Below are positions 38,958-52,469 of a stretch of 64,000 bases of DNA, piece after piece. The DNA is from Malacoraja senta (taxonomy: Eukaryota), in assembly GCA_038087875.1 (NCBI GenBank), contig JAXLNO010000440.1, forward strand, positions 1-64,000. Direction: 5' to 3'. The notes under the pieces were generated by a model that was not told where the DNA came from, made no database searches, and saw only the letters and a program-made list of their open reading frames with translations. Position numbers and translations under genes: made by a program. Numbering within the stretch: the first letter of the stretch is position 1; each line of letters starts with the position of its first letter.

Positions 38958-40521
38958 TCACAGTGGGAGCAGCTGCTCGCCGGCGTGGGTCCGCCGGTGC
39001 TGCCGCAACCCCCGCGAGCTGTCAAACTCCTCACCGCAGTACGGGGAGTCGTAGGGCTGGCCACTGGTGTGCACGTGCTGGTGAGACAGGTCGTGGAAGG
39101 CCATGGCAAAGCGTTCCCCACACACCGGGCTGGGGACGGGACGGTCGCCGGTGTGCACCCGCTGGTGGGACAGCAGCTTGGAGGGGCGGGTGAAGCCCTT
39201 GCCGCACTGGGCGCAGGTGTAGGGGCGCTCACCGGTGTGGGTGCGCTGGTGGGACAGCAGATGACCGGACTGGGTGAAGCCCTTGCCGCACTGGGCGCAG
39301 GTGTAGGGTCGCTCGCCAGTGTGGATGCGCTGGTGGGACAGCAGGTTGCTGGACTGAGTGAAGCCCTTGCCGCACTGCGTGCAGGTGTAGGGACGCTCGC
39401 CGGTGTGAGTGCGCTGGTGCTGCAGCAGGGTGTCAGAGCGGATGAAGCCCTTGCCACACTGGGCGCAGGTGTAGGGGCGCTCGCCGCTGTGAGTGCGCTG
39501 GTGCTCCAGCAGTCTGTCGGAGCGGGTGAAGCCCTTGCCACACTGGGCGCAGGTGATGGGGAACTCGCCGGTGTGAGTGCGCTGGTGCTCCAGCAGTCTG
39601 TCGGAGCAGGTGAAGCCCTTGCTGCACTGGGTGCAGGTGTAGGGACGCATGCCGGTGTGGGTGCGCTGGTGCTCCAGCAGTCTCTCGGAGCCGGAGAAGC
39701 CCTTGCTGCACTGGGTGCAGGTGTAGGGACGCTCGCCGGTGTGGGTGCGCTGGTGCTGCAGCAGGGTGTCGGAGCGGATGAAGCTCTTGCCACACTGGGT
39801 GCAGGTGTAGGGGCGCTCGCCGGTGTGAGTGCGCTGGTGCTCCAGCAGTCTGTCGGAGCGGGTGAAGCCCTTGCCACATTGGGCGCAGGTGTAGGGGAAC
39901 TCGCCGGTGTGAGTGCGCTGGTGCTCCAGCAGTCTGTCGGAGCCGGAGAAGCCCTTGCTGCACTGGGTGCAGGTGTAGGGACGCTCGCCGGTGTGGGTGC
40001 GCTGGTGCTTCAGCAGGTTGCTGGAATGGGTGAAGCCCTTGCCGCACTGGGCGCAGGTGTAGGGGCGCTCGCCGGTGTGGGTTCGCTGGTGCACCAGCAG
40101 GTTGCTGGAGCAGGTGAAGCCCTTGTCGCAGTCGTTGCAGGTATAGGGACGCTCCCCGGTGTGCAGGCGCCTGTGCTGCTTCAGCTCTGGCGACGACTTG
40201 AAGCCTTTGCCGCAGTCGGAGCAGGTGAAGGGCAGCTCACTGCTGTGCACCCGCCGGTGCTGCCGTAGCCCCCACAACTGGGCAAAGCTTATGTCGCAGG
40301 TAGAGCAGCCATAGGGCTTCTCGCCCGTGTGCACCCGCCGGTGGGTCTTCAGCACAGCCGCCGTCTTGAAGCTCTTGCCGCAGTCCGAGCAGTCGAAGGG
40401 GTGTTCTCCAGTGTGAACCCGCCGGTGGATCTCCAGCTCGCTCGGGCACTGCCAGGCCTTGCCCACACACGTCGCACTCATAACGCTTCTCCTTTGTTGT
40501 GCCCCGTCATGGGTCCCCCAT
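38958..40521 (-). CDS. Tandem C2H2 zinc-finger gene, copy C (~18 finger units, 2 degenerate); homopolymer indels in the first ~20 codons
   Basis: ORF 38958..40604 holds the finger array. The ATG paralogous to copies A/B is at 40521 but is followed by 1-nt indels in G/C/A runs. Confidence 0.88.
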
Positions 40522-41984
40522 CGAAGCGCAGCCCCTCGAAGCTCAGTCGCACACCGAGCAGATATGGGGTGGGGGGGTCTCACCGGCACCCTGGCCACCC
40601 TCAATGGCTGCTGACGTCCACAGCAACGGCTCCTAAACCCTGCTGGAGGGGAACACAGAGGGTCAACAAGCTGGCAAAGAGGACATTACGAGCACATATT
40701 GGGTGCGTTTATGGTGGAGGAAACCGTTCAAAGACGTTCGGGGCTGTAGATTAATCGGCCTCCACAAAATTGTTAAATTGTCCCTAATGTGTGTAGGATA
40801 GTGCTAGTGTACGGGATGATCGCTGGTCGGCGCGGACTCCGTGGGCCCAAAGACCTGCTTCCGCGCTGCATCTCTAAACTAAACTAAAGGGTCTCGACCC
40901 AAAATGTCACCCCAGCACATTCTCTCTGTCGATCTCTCTCTCTCTGTCCCCCTCTCTCTTTTCCTCTCTCTCTCCCTCTCTGTCCTTCTCTCATTCTCTG
41001 TCCCACTCTCTCTTTGTCTCTCTGTCCCCCCCCTCTCTCTCTCTGTCCCCCTTTCTCCATCTCTCTCTCTCAGCCCCCCCTCTCTCTGTGGGTCTCTCTC
41101 TCTCTCTGTCCCTCTCTCTCTCTCTCTGTCCCTCGCTCTTACTCTGTCTCTCTGTCCCTCTGCCTCTCTCTCTCTGTCCCTCTCTCAATCTCTCACTCTC
41201 TATCTCTGTCCCGTCTCTCTCTAGCTCTCTCTCTCTCTATGTCTGTCCCTCTCTCTCCCTCTCTCTGTCTCTCTCTCTCTCTCGCTTTTTCCCTTAACAT
41301 ATCTAAAGAAGCTTTTACTGTCCTTCTTTATATTCCTGGCCAGCTTCCCTTCGTACTTCATCTTTTCAGCCCGTATTGCCCGTTTTGTTTCCTATAAAAG
41401 TTTCCCAATCCTCTGTCCCCACCTCAATGAGTTCCGCGCCCGCCACGATGTGGAGCTCTTCTTCCATCGCCTCCGCCTCACACCGTTCTTCCATTGGAAG
41501 GAGTCCCCGCCCCCATTGATGATCCCTTTACCCGTCTCCAACGGACCCTCTCCTCTCGGACCCCCCCCCCCTCATGGCCATTGGTACAATGAAATTTGGG
41601 GGGTCACCAACCGACGTCGGAACGGGAGAACATTCTCAGCGGCTTGGAAATTCCGAATCGGCCACTTCCTACCGGAGACCGCGGCTCCCAAAGTCCACAG
41701 GCTGAGCTGGGTGGAGATTCACGCTGGCGGCCCTCGGCAAATGGACTCCAGGGCTCCGCAATGTTGAAATCAGCGCGGCCCGAGGCTGGGAGCTCCGCAA
41801 ACCACAGCTCCATGATGTTGAAGCAGCAGGCCCAACACTCCAGAGCTTCAAACGGCGTTCCAGGTAAGGCATCACCTGCTCCGCGATGAACCCAATATGT
41901 ATTTTAAAACCAACTGTTTAATGACAACATACAGTAGGATCTAAAAGTGTCACAATGTCACTGTCGGGTAGTCATGGTCCTCAG

Positions 41985-43503
41985 ATGGAGCAGCAGGACA
42001 CCAGACACCTGTGGCAGGGGCTACGGCCTGTAACCAACTACCCCCTCAACCGGAAGTGCCGGCACCTCCCTAGCTGATGACCTGAGCTCCTTCTACGCTC
42101 GTTTCGAGTCGGGCAACATCACCTCAGGTTTGCCGACTATCGACAATACCGCCAGCGTGCTGGCTAACGAAGCTGAAGGGAGGAATGTGCACACATTCTT
42201 GTTGTCCGAGCACGATGTGAGGAGGGCTCTGACACGTGTGAACACAAGGAAAGCTGTAGGCCCAGATGGCATCTCGGGGCAAGTACTTAAGTCTTGTGCT
42301 ACGCAGCTAGCTCCGGTGCTCACTACAATATTCAACCTCTCCCTGGACAAGTCCGTGGTCCCTGCCTGTTTCAAAAGATCCATCATTGTACCGGTACCTA
42401 AAAATGCCTCCTCGGCCTGTCTGAATGACTACCGTCCGGTGGCACTCACCTCGGTAGTCATGAAATGCTTTGAGAGGCTAGAAACACATCTGCGCCTTCC
42501 TCCCTCACATGGACCCGTTACAATTCGCATACCGTCCGAACAGATCCATGAACGATGCGGTCTCCCAGGTTCGGCACACTGCTCTCTCTCACCTTGACAG
42601 CCAGAAGGGGGCTATGTGAAGATGCTGTTCAGAGACTTCAGTTCAGCCTTCAACACGATAGTCCCCACTAGACTTGCTGAGAAGCTGCTGGAATTAGGGC
42701 TCAACACCCCCCTGTGTGCCTGGGTCCTGGACTTTCTCACCACCAGGCCCCAGGTAGTCAAGATGGGAGGCAATACATCGAAGTCCCTCATCCTTAGCAC
42801 AGGATCCCCCCAGGGTTGCGTCCTCAGCCCCCTACTGTACTCCCTGTACACACATGACTGTGTGGCTAGGTTCAGCTCCAACTCGATAATCAAGTTTGCT
42901 GATGACACTGTGGTGGTGGGCCAGATCACTGAAAATAACGAGGAGGCCTACCGGGAAGAGGTGGCTGATCTGGCACTGGTGTCAGGACAACAGCCTCTTC
43001 TTGAATATCAAAAAAACTAAGGATCTGATCGTGGACTTTAGGAGGGCACATCATCCGAGGACGTACACACCATTGAGGATAAATGGGGACACTGTGGATA
43101 GGGTGAGCTGTTTTAAATACCTGGGAGTCCACATCTCTGAGGATATGACATGGAACATCACACGCTGCAGCACTGGTGAGTAAGGCAAGGCAGCGCCTTT
43201 ACCACCTCAGGCAATTGAGGAAATTCAGAGTGTCTCTGAGGATCCTCCAGTGCTTCTACTCAGCGGCTGTGGAAAGCATCTTGTCCGGAAATATCACGAT
43301 TTGGTTTGGGAACTGCTCTGCCCAGGACAAGAAGGCTCTGCAGAGAGTAGCGCGTTCGGCCGAACGCACTATGGAACTACACTCGCCCCCCTGCAGGAAC
43401 TATACATCAAGAGGTTCAACTCCAGAGCCAACAAGATCATGGGGAGACCCCTTCCACCCCTGCAACGGACTGTTCCAGCTGCTACGGTCAGGCAAACGCC
43501 TCC
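41985..43503 (+). mobile_element. Rex1/Babar LINE RT, decayed (cassette C)
   Basis: Same motifs as 25456-27413, inverted. Confidence 0.88.
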
Positions 43504-44014
43504 ATATAACCATATAACAATTAATGCATGGAATCAGGCCATTTCGGCCCTTCTAGTCCGTGCCGAACACATATTCTCCCCTAGTCCCATCTACCTGCAC
43601 TCAGACCATAACCCTCCATTCCTTTCCCGTCCATATACCTATCCAATTTATTTTTAAATGATAAAATCGAACCTGCACCCACCATTTCCACTGGGAGCTC
43701 ATTCCACACAGCTACCACTCTCTGAGTAAAGAAGTTCGCCCTCATGTTACCCCTAAACTTCTGTCCCTTTATTCTCAAATCATGTCCTCTTGTTTGAATC
43801 TTCCCTACTACTGTCAATGGAAAAAGCTTATCGACGTCAACTCTGTCTAACCCTCTCATCATTTTAAAGACCTCTATCAAGTCCCCCTTAACATAGAAAC
43901 CTAGAAAACAGGTGCAGGAGTAGGCCATTCGGCCCTTCGAGCCTGTACCGCCATTCAATATGATCATGGCTGATCATCCAGCTCAGTATCCTGTACCCGC
44001 CTTCATATCCCCTG

Positions 44015-44840
44015 ATATAATGTGGATAAATGTGAGGTTATTCACTTTGGTGGCAAAAACAGGAAAGTAGAATATTATCTGAATGGTGGCCGATTAGGAA
44101 CAGGAGAGATGCAACGAGACCTGGGTGTCATGGTACACCAGTCATTGAAAGTAGGCATGGAGGTGCAGCAGGCAGCGAAGAAAGCGAATGGTATGTTAGC
44201 ATTCATAGCAAAAGGATTTGAGTATAAGAGCAGGGAGGTTCTACTGCAGTTGTACAGGGTCTTGGTGAGACCACACCTGGACTATTGCGTACAGTTTTAG
44301 TCTCCTAATCTAAGGAAAGACATTCTTGCCATAGAGGGAGCACAGAGAATGTTCACCAGACTGATTCCTGGGATGGCAGGACTTTCATATGAAGAACGAC
44401 TGGATAGACTCGGCTTGTACTCGCTAGAATTTAGAAGATTGAGGGGGGATCTTATAGAAACTTACAAAATTCTTCAGGGGTTGGACAGGCTAGATGCAGG
44501 AAGATTGTTCCCGATGTTGGGGAAGTCCAGAACAAGGGGTCACAGTTTAAGGATAAGGGGAAGTCTTTTAGGACCGAGATGAGAAAATCATTTTTCACAC
44601 AGAGAGTGGTGAATCTGTGGAATTCTCTGCCACAGAAGGTAGTTGAGGCCAGTTCATTGGCTATATTTAAGAGGGAGTTAGATGTGGCCCTGTGGCTAAA
44701 GGGATCAGGGGGTATGGAGAGAAGGCAGGTACAGGATACTGAGTTGGGTGATCAGCCATGATCATTTTGAATGGCGGTGCAGGCTCGAAGGGCCGATTGA
44801 CCTACTCCTGCATCTATTTTCTATGTTTCTATGTTTCTAA
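44015..44840 (+). mobile_element. CR1 LINE 3' part
   Basis: DKCEVIHFG...LVRPHLDYC...RRLRGDL; tail tttctatgtttcta. Confidence 0.9.
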
Positions 44841-44868
44841 TGTATTTCTCGCTCGCTCTCTCTCTCTG

Positions 44869-44904
<36 letters not shown>

Positions 44905-45174
44905 GCTCATTCTCTCTCTCTCCTGTTTATCTCTCTCTCTCTTTCTCTCGGTCTCTCTCTCTTTTTCTCTTTGTCTCTCTCTCTTTGTCTCTCTCTTTGT
45001 CTCTCTCATTCTCTCTCTCCCTCTCTCTCTCCCTGTCTCTCTCATTGTCTCTCTCTCTGTGCCTCTCCCTCCCTGTCTCTCTCTGTCTCTCTCGGTCTCT
45101 CTCAGTCTGTCTCTCTCTGTGTCTCCGCTGTCTCTCTCTCTCTCTCTGTGTCTCTCTCTCTCACTCTCTCTCTC

Positions 45175-46080
45175 TCTCCCACTCTCTCTGGACAGAGGAT
45201 TTGGGTGAACATAGACCCATTCCTGCCAACCATGGGCCTAACTGCAGATAGATACATAACTTACTCAACACATAGGACAGGGAAGAGAAATGATCTGCAA
45301 ATAGAAACACCATTGGCCAGGACAGATATTTATAACGACTCGTTCTTTGTAAGAACCACAATGGAATGGAATAAATGAGACAACAATATCGTCTAAATGT
45401 TTAAGAAGGAACTGCAGATGCTGGAAAATCGAAGGTAGACATAAAATGCTGGAGTAACTCCGCGGGTGAGGCAGCATCTACGGAGCGAAGGAATAGTTGA
45501 CGATTCGGGTCGAGACCCTTCTTCAGACTCAAGAACCATTTCCTTCGCTCCATAGATGCTGCTTCACACGCTGAGTTTCTCCAGCATTTTTGTCTACCTG
45601 CAATAGAGTCAAATCACCTTCACTGGACAATTGACAACAGGTGCAGGAGGAGGCCATTCGGCCCTTCGAGCCAGCACCACCATTCAATGTGATCATGGCT
45701 GATCATCCCCAATCAGTACCCCGTTCCTGCCTTCTCCCCATATCTCCTGACTCCGCTATCTTTAAGAGCCCTATCTAACTCTCTCTTGAAAGTATCCAGA
45801 GAACCTGCCTCCACTGCCCTCTGAGGCAGAGAATTCCACAGACTCACAACTCTCTGGGTGGAAAAGTTCTCTCCAGAGATGCTGCCTGACCCGCTGAGTT
45901 ACTCCAGCACTTTGTGTCTATCTTCAGTGTAACCCAGCATCTGCAGTTCCTTATCACACACTCTCTCTCTGATTCTCTCGCTCTGTCTCCCTCTCTGTGT
46001 GTCTCTCTCTGTCTCTCCCTCTCTCTCCCCCTCTCACTCTCTCACCCTCTCTCTGTGTGTCCTCACTCTCCCCCCCTCTC

Positions 46081-46123
<43 letters not shown>

Positions 46124-46142
46124 TTCTCTCTCTCCCTCTCTC

Positions 46143-46220
<78 letters not shown>

Positions 46221-47580
46221 TCGCTCTCTCTCTCTCTCTGTGTATTGAGTCTAGAAGTCGGAAGGTCACGTTGCAGTGTACAATACGTTGGTGAGGCCAC
46301 ATATAGAGTATTGCGTCAGTTCTGCGCACCGTGTTACAGGAAAGATGTCGTCGAGTTTTGAAAGGGCGCGGAGAAGATTTACGAGGATATTGCCGGGACT
46401 CGAGGGGCCTGAGCTACAGGAGAGGTTGGGGCAGGGCTGGGACTCTATTCCTTGGAGCGCAGGAGGTTGAGGGGCGATCTTATAGAGGTGTACAAAATCA
46501 CCAGGGAATAGATCGGGTAGACGCAGAGTCCCTTGCCCAGAGTAGGGGAATCGAGAACCAGAGGACATGGGTTTAAGTTGAGAGACGCGGGGGCGGGAAA
46601 AATTGAATAGGAATCTGAGGGGCAACTTTTCCACACAGCAGGTGGTGGGTGTACGGAACGAGCTGCCGGAGGAGGAAGTTGATGCTGGGACTATCACAAC
46701 ACTTGGACAGGTACATGGATAGGACAGGTTTGGAGGGATATGGGCCAAACGGGGGCAGCAGGTGGGACTAGTGTAGATGGGGCAAGTTGGCCGGTGTGGG
46801 CAAGTTTGGCCGAAGGGTCTGTTTCCACGCTGTATCACTCTGTCTCTCTTTCTCTCTCTGTCTCTCCCTGTCTCTCTCTCTCTCCCTCTCCCTCTCTCCC
46901 ACTCTCTCTGGGACAGAGGATTTGGGTGAACATAGACCCATTCCTGCCAACCGTGGGCCTAACTGCAGATAGATACATAACTTACTCAACACATAGGACA
47001 GGAAAGAGAAATGATCTGCAAATAGAAACACCATTGGCCAGGACAGATATTTATAACGACTCGTTCTTTGTAAGAACCGCAATGGAATGGAATAAACGAG
47101 ACAACAATATCATCTAAATGTTTAAGAAGGAACTGCAGATGCTGGAAAATCGAAGGTAGACACAAAACGCTGGAGTAACTCAGCGGGTGAGGCAGCATCT
47201 ATGGAGCGAAGGAATAGGTGACGGTTCGGGTCGAGACCCTTCTTCAGACTCAAGAACCATTTCCTTCGCTCCATAGATGCTGCCTCACACGCTGAGTTTC
47301 TCCAGCATGTTTGTCTACCTGCAATAGAGTCAAATCACCTTCACTGGACAATAGACAACAGGTGCAGGAGGAGGCCATTCGGCCCTTCGAGCCAGCACCA
47401 CCATTCACTGTGATCATGGCTGATCATCCCCAATCAGTACCCTGTTCCTGCCTTCTCCCCATATCCCCTGACTCCGCCATCTTTAAGAGCCCTATCTAGC
47501 TCGCTCTTGAAAAACATCCAGAGAACCTGCCTCCACCGCCCTCTCAGGCAGAGAATTCCACACTCACAACTCTCTGTGAG
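45175..47580. repeat. Direct duplication of ~690 bp (45175-45860 and 46895-47580): LINE C-terminal fragment, palindromic Penelope-type element and CR1 tail
   Basis: Near-identical 'ggacagaggatttgggtgaac...ctcacaactctctg' blocks; both encode PLARTDIYNDSFFVRT-MEWN. Confidence 0.88.
46242..46840 (+). mobile_element. Old CR1 3' fragment
   Basis: LVRPHIEYC...RRLRGDLIEVYKI; 3' UTR similar to the SINE tails. Confidence 0.8.
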
Positions 47581-47985
47581 AAAAAGTGTCTCCTCGTCTC
47601 CGTTCTAAATGGCTGACCCCTTATTCTTCAACTGTGTGTCCCTGGTTCTGGACTCCTCCAAAATCGGGAACATGTTTCCTGCCTCTAGCGTGTCCAAACC
47701 TTTAATAATCTTATATGTTTCAATAAGATTCCCTCTCATCCCTCTAAACTCCAGAGTATACAAGCCCAGCCGCTCCATTCTCTCAGCATATGACAGCCCC
47801 GCCATCCCGGGAATTAACCTGGTGAACCTACGCTGGGCTCCCTGAATAGCAAGAATGTCCTTCCTCAAATTAGGGGACCAAAACTGCACACAATACTCCA
47901 GGTGTGGTCTCACCAGGGCCCTGTACAACTGCAGAAGGACCTCTTTGCTCCTATACTCAACTCCTCTTGTTATGAAGGCCAAAAG
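47353..47985 (-). mobile_element. CR1 3' fragment
   Basis: ORF 47605..48000 [19 protein letters not shown]. Confidence 0.88.
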
Positions 47986-48245
47986 GCCAAAACTGCACAC
48001 AATACTCCAGGTGTGGTCTCACTAGGGCCCTGTACAACTGCAGAAGGATCTCTTTGCTCCTATACTCAACTCCTCTTGTTATGAAGGCCAACAGGCCAAA
48101 ACTGCAAACAGTACTCCAGGTGTGGTCTCACCAGGGCCCTGTACAACTGCAGAAGGACCTCTTTGCTCCTATACTCAACTCCTCTTGTTATGAAGGCCAA
48201 CAGGCCAAAACTGCACACAATACTCCAGGTGTGGTCTCACTAGGG
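47878..48245. repeat. Tandem repeat of 109 bp x ~3.3 derived from CR1 ORF2
   Basis: 'ccaaaactgca' recurs at 47878, 47987, 48096 and 48205. Confidence 0.9.
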
Positions 48246-48297
48246 ATGGAGGGAGAGGGAGAGAGAGAGGGGCAGAGAGGGAGGGGGAGATAGAGGG

Positions 48298-48345
<48 letters not shown>

Positions 48346-48521
48346 GAGAGGGGGGGGAGAGAGAGAGAGGGAGAGGAAGAGGGGGAGAGAGAGGCAGAGA
48401 GGTGGATATAGAGGGGGAGAGAGGGAGGGGGAGAGAGACGCAGAGAGGGGGAGAGGGGGTAGAGAGAGGCAGAGAGGGGGAGAGAGAGGGGGGAGAGAGG
48501 GAGGGGGGAATGAGGGGGAGA

Positions 48522-48745
48522 GAGTCAAGTCACATTTATTTATATAGCACATTTAAAAAACAACTCCTGTTGGCCAAAGTGCTTTACATTTGTTATAAGA
48601 ATAGCACAAACAAAACAAACTAGATACGTTTTTAGTCTTGACTTAAAAGAGTCGATGGAGGGAGCAGTTCTGATGGGAAGGGGGATGATGTTCCACAGTC
48701 TAGGGGCTGCAACCGCAAAGGCCCGGTTGCTCCTGAGCTTATGCC
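48522..48745 (-). mobile_element. L2 LINE 3' end
   Basis: RAFAVAAPRLWN.P...SFKSRLKTYL and tail 'gtgctatataaataaatgtgacttgact'. Confidence 0.8.
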
Positions 48746-49846
48746 TAGGGCAGAGAGAGGGGGAGAGAGAGGTGGAGAGAAAGGGGGTGAGAGAGGGGGG
48801 TGAGAGAGGGGGGGGAGAGAGGGGGAGATAGGTCAGCCATGGTTGCAAGGCGGAGTGGACTCGGTAAATTGGCGATATGCAGAGAACTGCCTTGCTGACT
48901 ACAAATTCAGAAAGGTCCAATGCAGACAATGCCAAGTGAGGCCTAGCATGAGTGAAGTGGGCCGAAGGGCCTTTTCAGGACGCTCCGGGCTCCCCGCATC
49001 CACCCCGTTGTCCCGCAAGGTCGGTTTCGTGACTTTGGGGGAGTTTTTGGGGCAAATGGTTTGGAAATCAGTCAGAAATCGGCCTGCAGGGCCACATTAA
49101 GTGTGGATTTAGTGTGAGTTATAAAGTGTGCGAAAGCGTCTGCCAGCGCTTGTGCATGTTCCCGCTGCTGCATTAAAGGGAATGCATGCATCACTGGCTG
49201 CATTGCTGCCTCCCCCGTTGCATTGCAGCGATTTTAATCTTTACCTGATCTTCACAGAAGCATTCTCGAGGCGCTTCCGGCGGAAGGGGGGACGCTTTAG
49301 AGCGTTGCACCGGGGCTGGCAAAGCGGGACGGCGGGTCTCAGGCGTCCGGGTAGAGGGCGAAACGCCGAATGTTGGTTCCGGGGTGGTTTTCGTTGTTTT
49401 TTTGGTGCATTGAGGGTGGGATGGAGAGAGGGAGGGGGAGAGGAGGCAGGGAGAAAGGGAGGGAGGGAGAAAGAGAGGGAGAGAGGGAGGGAATGAGTGT
49501 GAGAGAAAGTTTGGGAGAGTTTTGAGAAACTCTTGAGAAAGTTTTGAAGGGAGAGAGCGAGAGAGAGAGAGGGAGAGAGAGAGGGATGAGGGAGAGAGGA
49601 AGAGAGGGAAGAGAGGGATGAGGGAGAGAGGGAGGGAATGAGTGAGAGAAAGTTTGGGAAAGTTTTGAGAAAGTTTTGAGGAGGGAGAGGGAAGAGGGGG
49701 GAGGGGAAGAGGGAGCGAGGGAGAGAGGAGAGAGGGAGAGAGGGAGAGAGGGAGAGAAGGGAAGAGAGGAAGAGAGGGGAGAGAGGGAAGAGAGGGAGAC
49801 GAGGGAGAGAGGGAGAGAGAAGTATTCACCTCTCCCTCCCTCTCTG

Positions 49847-49961
49847 GGCGTCACGGTGACCCAGTGGTAGAGTTGCCGCCTCACGGCGCCAGAGACCCCG
49901 GTTCCATCCCTCCCCTTGACCTGCGTGGGTTTTCTCCGGGCTCTCCGGTTTCCTCCCACAT
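49847..49961 (+). mobile_element. V-SINE 5' fragment
   Basis: Matches the head and V-domain of the SINE at 28696-29008. Confidence 0.7.
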
Positions 49962-51266
49962 GGGACGGATTTACGTATGAGCCAGACAAGCTTAAGTTTA
50001 GGGCTCCAGATCTAGGGGGGCCTCGGCCCGCTCCACCAAGGCAGGGGCTGAAAACCCGGGGGGGGGGGGCAGAGGGGACATGTCCCCTCCATGTTTTGAG
50101 AGGTGGGGGACATCCCCCCAAGTTTTTGTAATCCGTATTTTAAAACCCGGTGAAATCTCCGCTTTCCGCGAGACAGTGGGGGTGGGACTGCTGATCGAGG
50201 GAGGGGCCGATAGGACGAGGGAGACGTCGGTCAGCAGGCAATGGGGGCGGGACATGATAATTCAGCGCGATGATTGGAGGAGGGAGGGGGGGTGGGACTG
50301 AGGATAGAGTGCGGTGATTGGAGGAGGGAGACGTGGCACAGACCTGCGCTTCATCCGCAGGCAGGATCGATCCCGGCCGGTTCTCCGCCGCTGTCCCGTC
50401 CCCACCCGAGTACCCCCCCTCCCCGTGGGTGGCCAGAGAGGTCGGCAGCAGAGATCCTCCGCTATAGGATCTTTGGTCGATAGTCAGACGGGCGCGGTGC
50501 ACCCAGGCCCACAGCCAGCGCAGAGAAGCAGCGCTAAACCCAGCTCACTCTGCCTGTCTCGCCAGGTGAGCCTGTCGCCTGCCTGGGATTGCGGGAAATA
50601 TGGCCTGCGCGGAGAAGCAGCGCTGGTATCCTGTCAGTCCAGACAGGGCTGTAGTTAACCCGGTGAGATAGGCAGAGTTGAGCTGCATTTAGCGCTGGAT
50701 TGAGCCTCCGAAGCCTCGCGCGCGTGTGTGTCAGTGTGCGCATGCGCGCGTGGCCGCCCCAAAAGTGTGGCCCCGTCCCCTCCATGTTTTGATAGCGAGT
50801 TCCGCCCGTGCACCAAGGTGTACAAAACTTTTGACATAGTGGCGTTGTTACAAACCCTACCATCGGTGGCGTTGTGCTTGCGATTCCGGGGGCTATGGTG
50901 TTATTGGGGGGGGGAGAGATTAAAATGCAGGTGAGGTTTATATTCGTTGTGGAGAGGACCTCCTACTGTTTGCCCGCCGACCCTGGCCACTCCACTGCCC
51001 TACAGCAGCCCGCAGTCGTCGCCTCACCTGCAGCCTGGACTCAGCACCGGGCCTGAAGACTCCACGCTGCAGACTCCAACTCCCCTGGGTTTGACTGAGC
51101 TGGGTCCTAGTACTAGTCATCCAACCCTGGTAACCTCAGTGGTTGTTCCACTGGGTCTTCCCCATCCCCCTCAAACCATGTGACCCCAGCTCTTCCACAC
51201 CCACACTACAGTCCTCATACCCCCCTACCCCCTGACCACCCACCACCACCCCCCCCCACCAGATAT

Positions 51267-52020
51267 CATAAAAACATAGAAAATCGGTGCAGGAGTAGGC
51301 CATTCGGCCCTTCGAGCCTGCACCGCCATTCAATATGATCATGGCTGATCATCCAACTCAGTATCCCGTACCTGCCGTCTCTCCATACCCCCTGATACCT
51401 ATAGCCACAAGGGCCACATCTAACTCCCTCTTAAATATAGCCAATGAACTGGCCTCAACTACCTTCTGTGGCAGAGAATTCCAGAGATTCACCACTCTCT
51501 GTGTGAAAAATGTTTTTCTCATCTCGGTCCTAAAAGATTTCCCCTTTATCCTTAAACTGTGACCCCTTGTTCTGGACTTCCCCAATATCGGGAACAATCT
51601 TCCTGCATCTAGCCTGTCCAACGCCTTAAGAATTTTGTAAGTTTTCTATAAGATCCCCCCTCAATCTTCTAAATTCTAGCGAGTACAAGCCGAGTCTATC
51701 CAGTCTTTTTTCATATGAAAGTCGTGACATCCCAGGAATCAGTCTGGTGAACCTTCTCTGTACTCCCGCTATGGCAAGAATGTCTTTCCTCAGAGTAGGA
51801 GACCAAAACTGCACGCAATACTCCATGTGTGGTCTCACCAAGACCCTGTACAACTGCAGTAGAACCTCCCTGCCCCTATACTCAAATCCTTTTGCTATGA
51901 ATGCTAACATACCATTTGATTTCTTCACTGCCTGCTGCACCTGCATGCCTACTTTCAATGACTGGTGTACCATGACACCCAGGTCTCGTTGCATCTCCCC
52001 TTTTCCTAATCGGCCACCAT
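51267..52020 (-). mobile_element. CR1 LINE 3' part
   Basis: ORFs 51358..51621 and 51626..51994. Confidence 0.9.
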
Positions 52021-52320
52021 CGCCTCAGTCCACTCACCTGCCTTCCTCCGGCCCCAACCCCCATCCCTGTCATGTGTTCACCATCCCCCCCGACCTCCCT
52101 CTCTCAGATACCGAACTGTCTGTCGTCAGCAGAGGCCTCACCTTTGTCCCCCTCCGTCCCCACCTCAATGAGTTCCACGCCCGCCTCGATTTGGAGCTCT
52201 TCTACCGTCGCCTCCGCCTCACAGCATTCTTCCATGGAAAGGAATCCTCGCCCCCATTGATGATCCATTTCCCGTCTCCAACTGACCCCCCTTCCTCGTG
52301 GACCCCCCCCTCATGGCCAT
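52021..52320 (+). mobile_element. Penelope-like ORF N-terminal fragment (related pieces at ~27810-27985 on -, ~41410-41585, ~59760-59935)
   Basis: LSDTELSVVSRGLTFVP...LELFYRRLRL, recalled as typical of Penelope/Neptune ORFs upstream of RT. Confidence 0.7.
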
Positions 52321-52469
52321 TGGGATAGTCGAGGTTGGAGTTGAAGGAAAGAGAGTAAATGGATGGTTAATGATCCCAGAATTAACGGGAAAGGAAGCTC
52401 ACAAAGGTATAGGAGAGTATGGCCAAGTGCAATAGGGATCGATGTGAAAGGTGAGATGCGTAAGGAATA

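Larger units (their letters stand above)
37103..44005 (-). repeat. Segmental duplication cassette C
   Basis: Reverse complement of A (from ~4585 back to 1) and of B. Confidence 0.92.

Noticed and set aside
38891..40268. Long antisense and alternate-frame ORFs over the ZNF arrays (also 1950-2798, 29491-30375, 57574-58626)
   Set aside because: By-product of GC-rich 84-bp repeats that lack stops.
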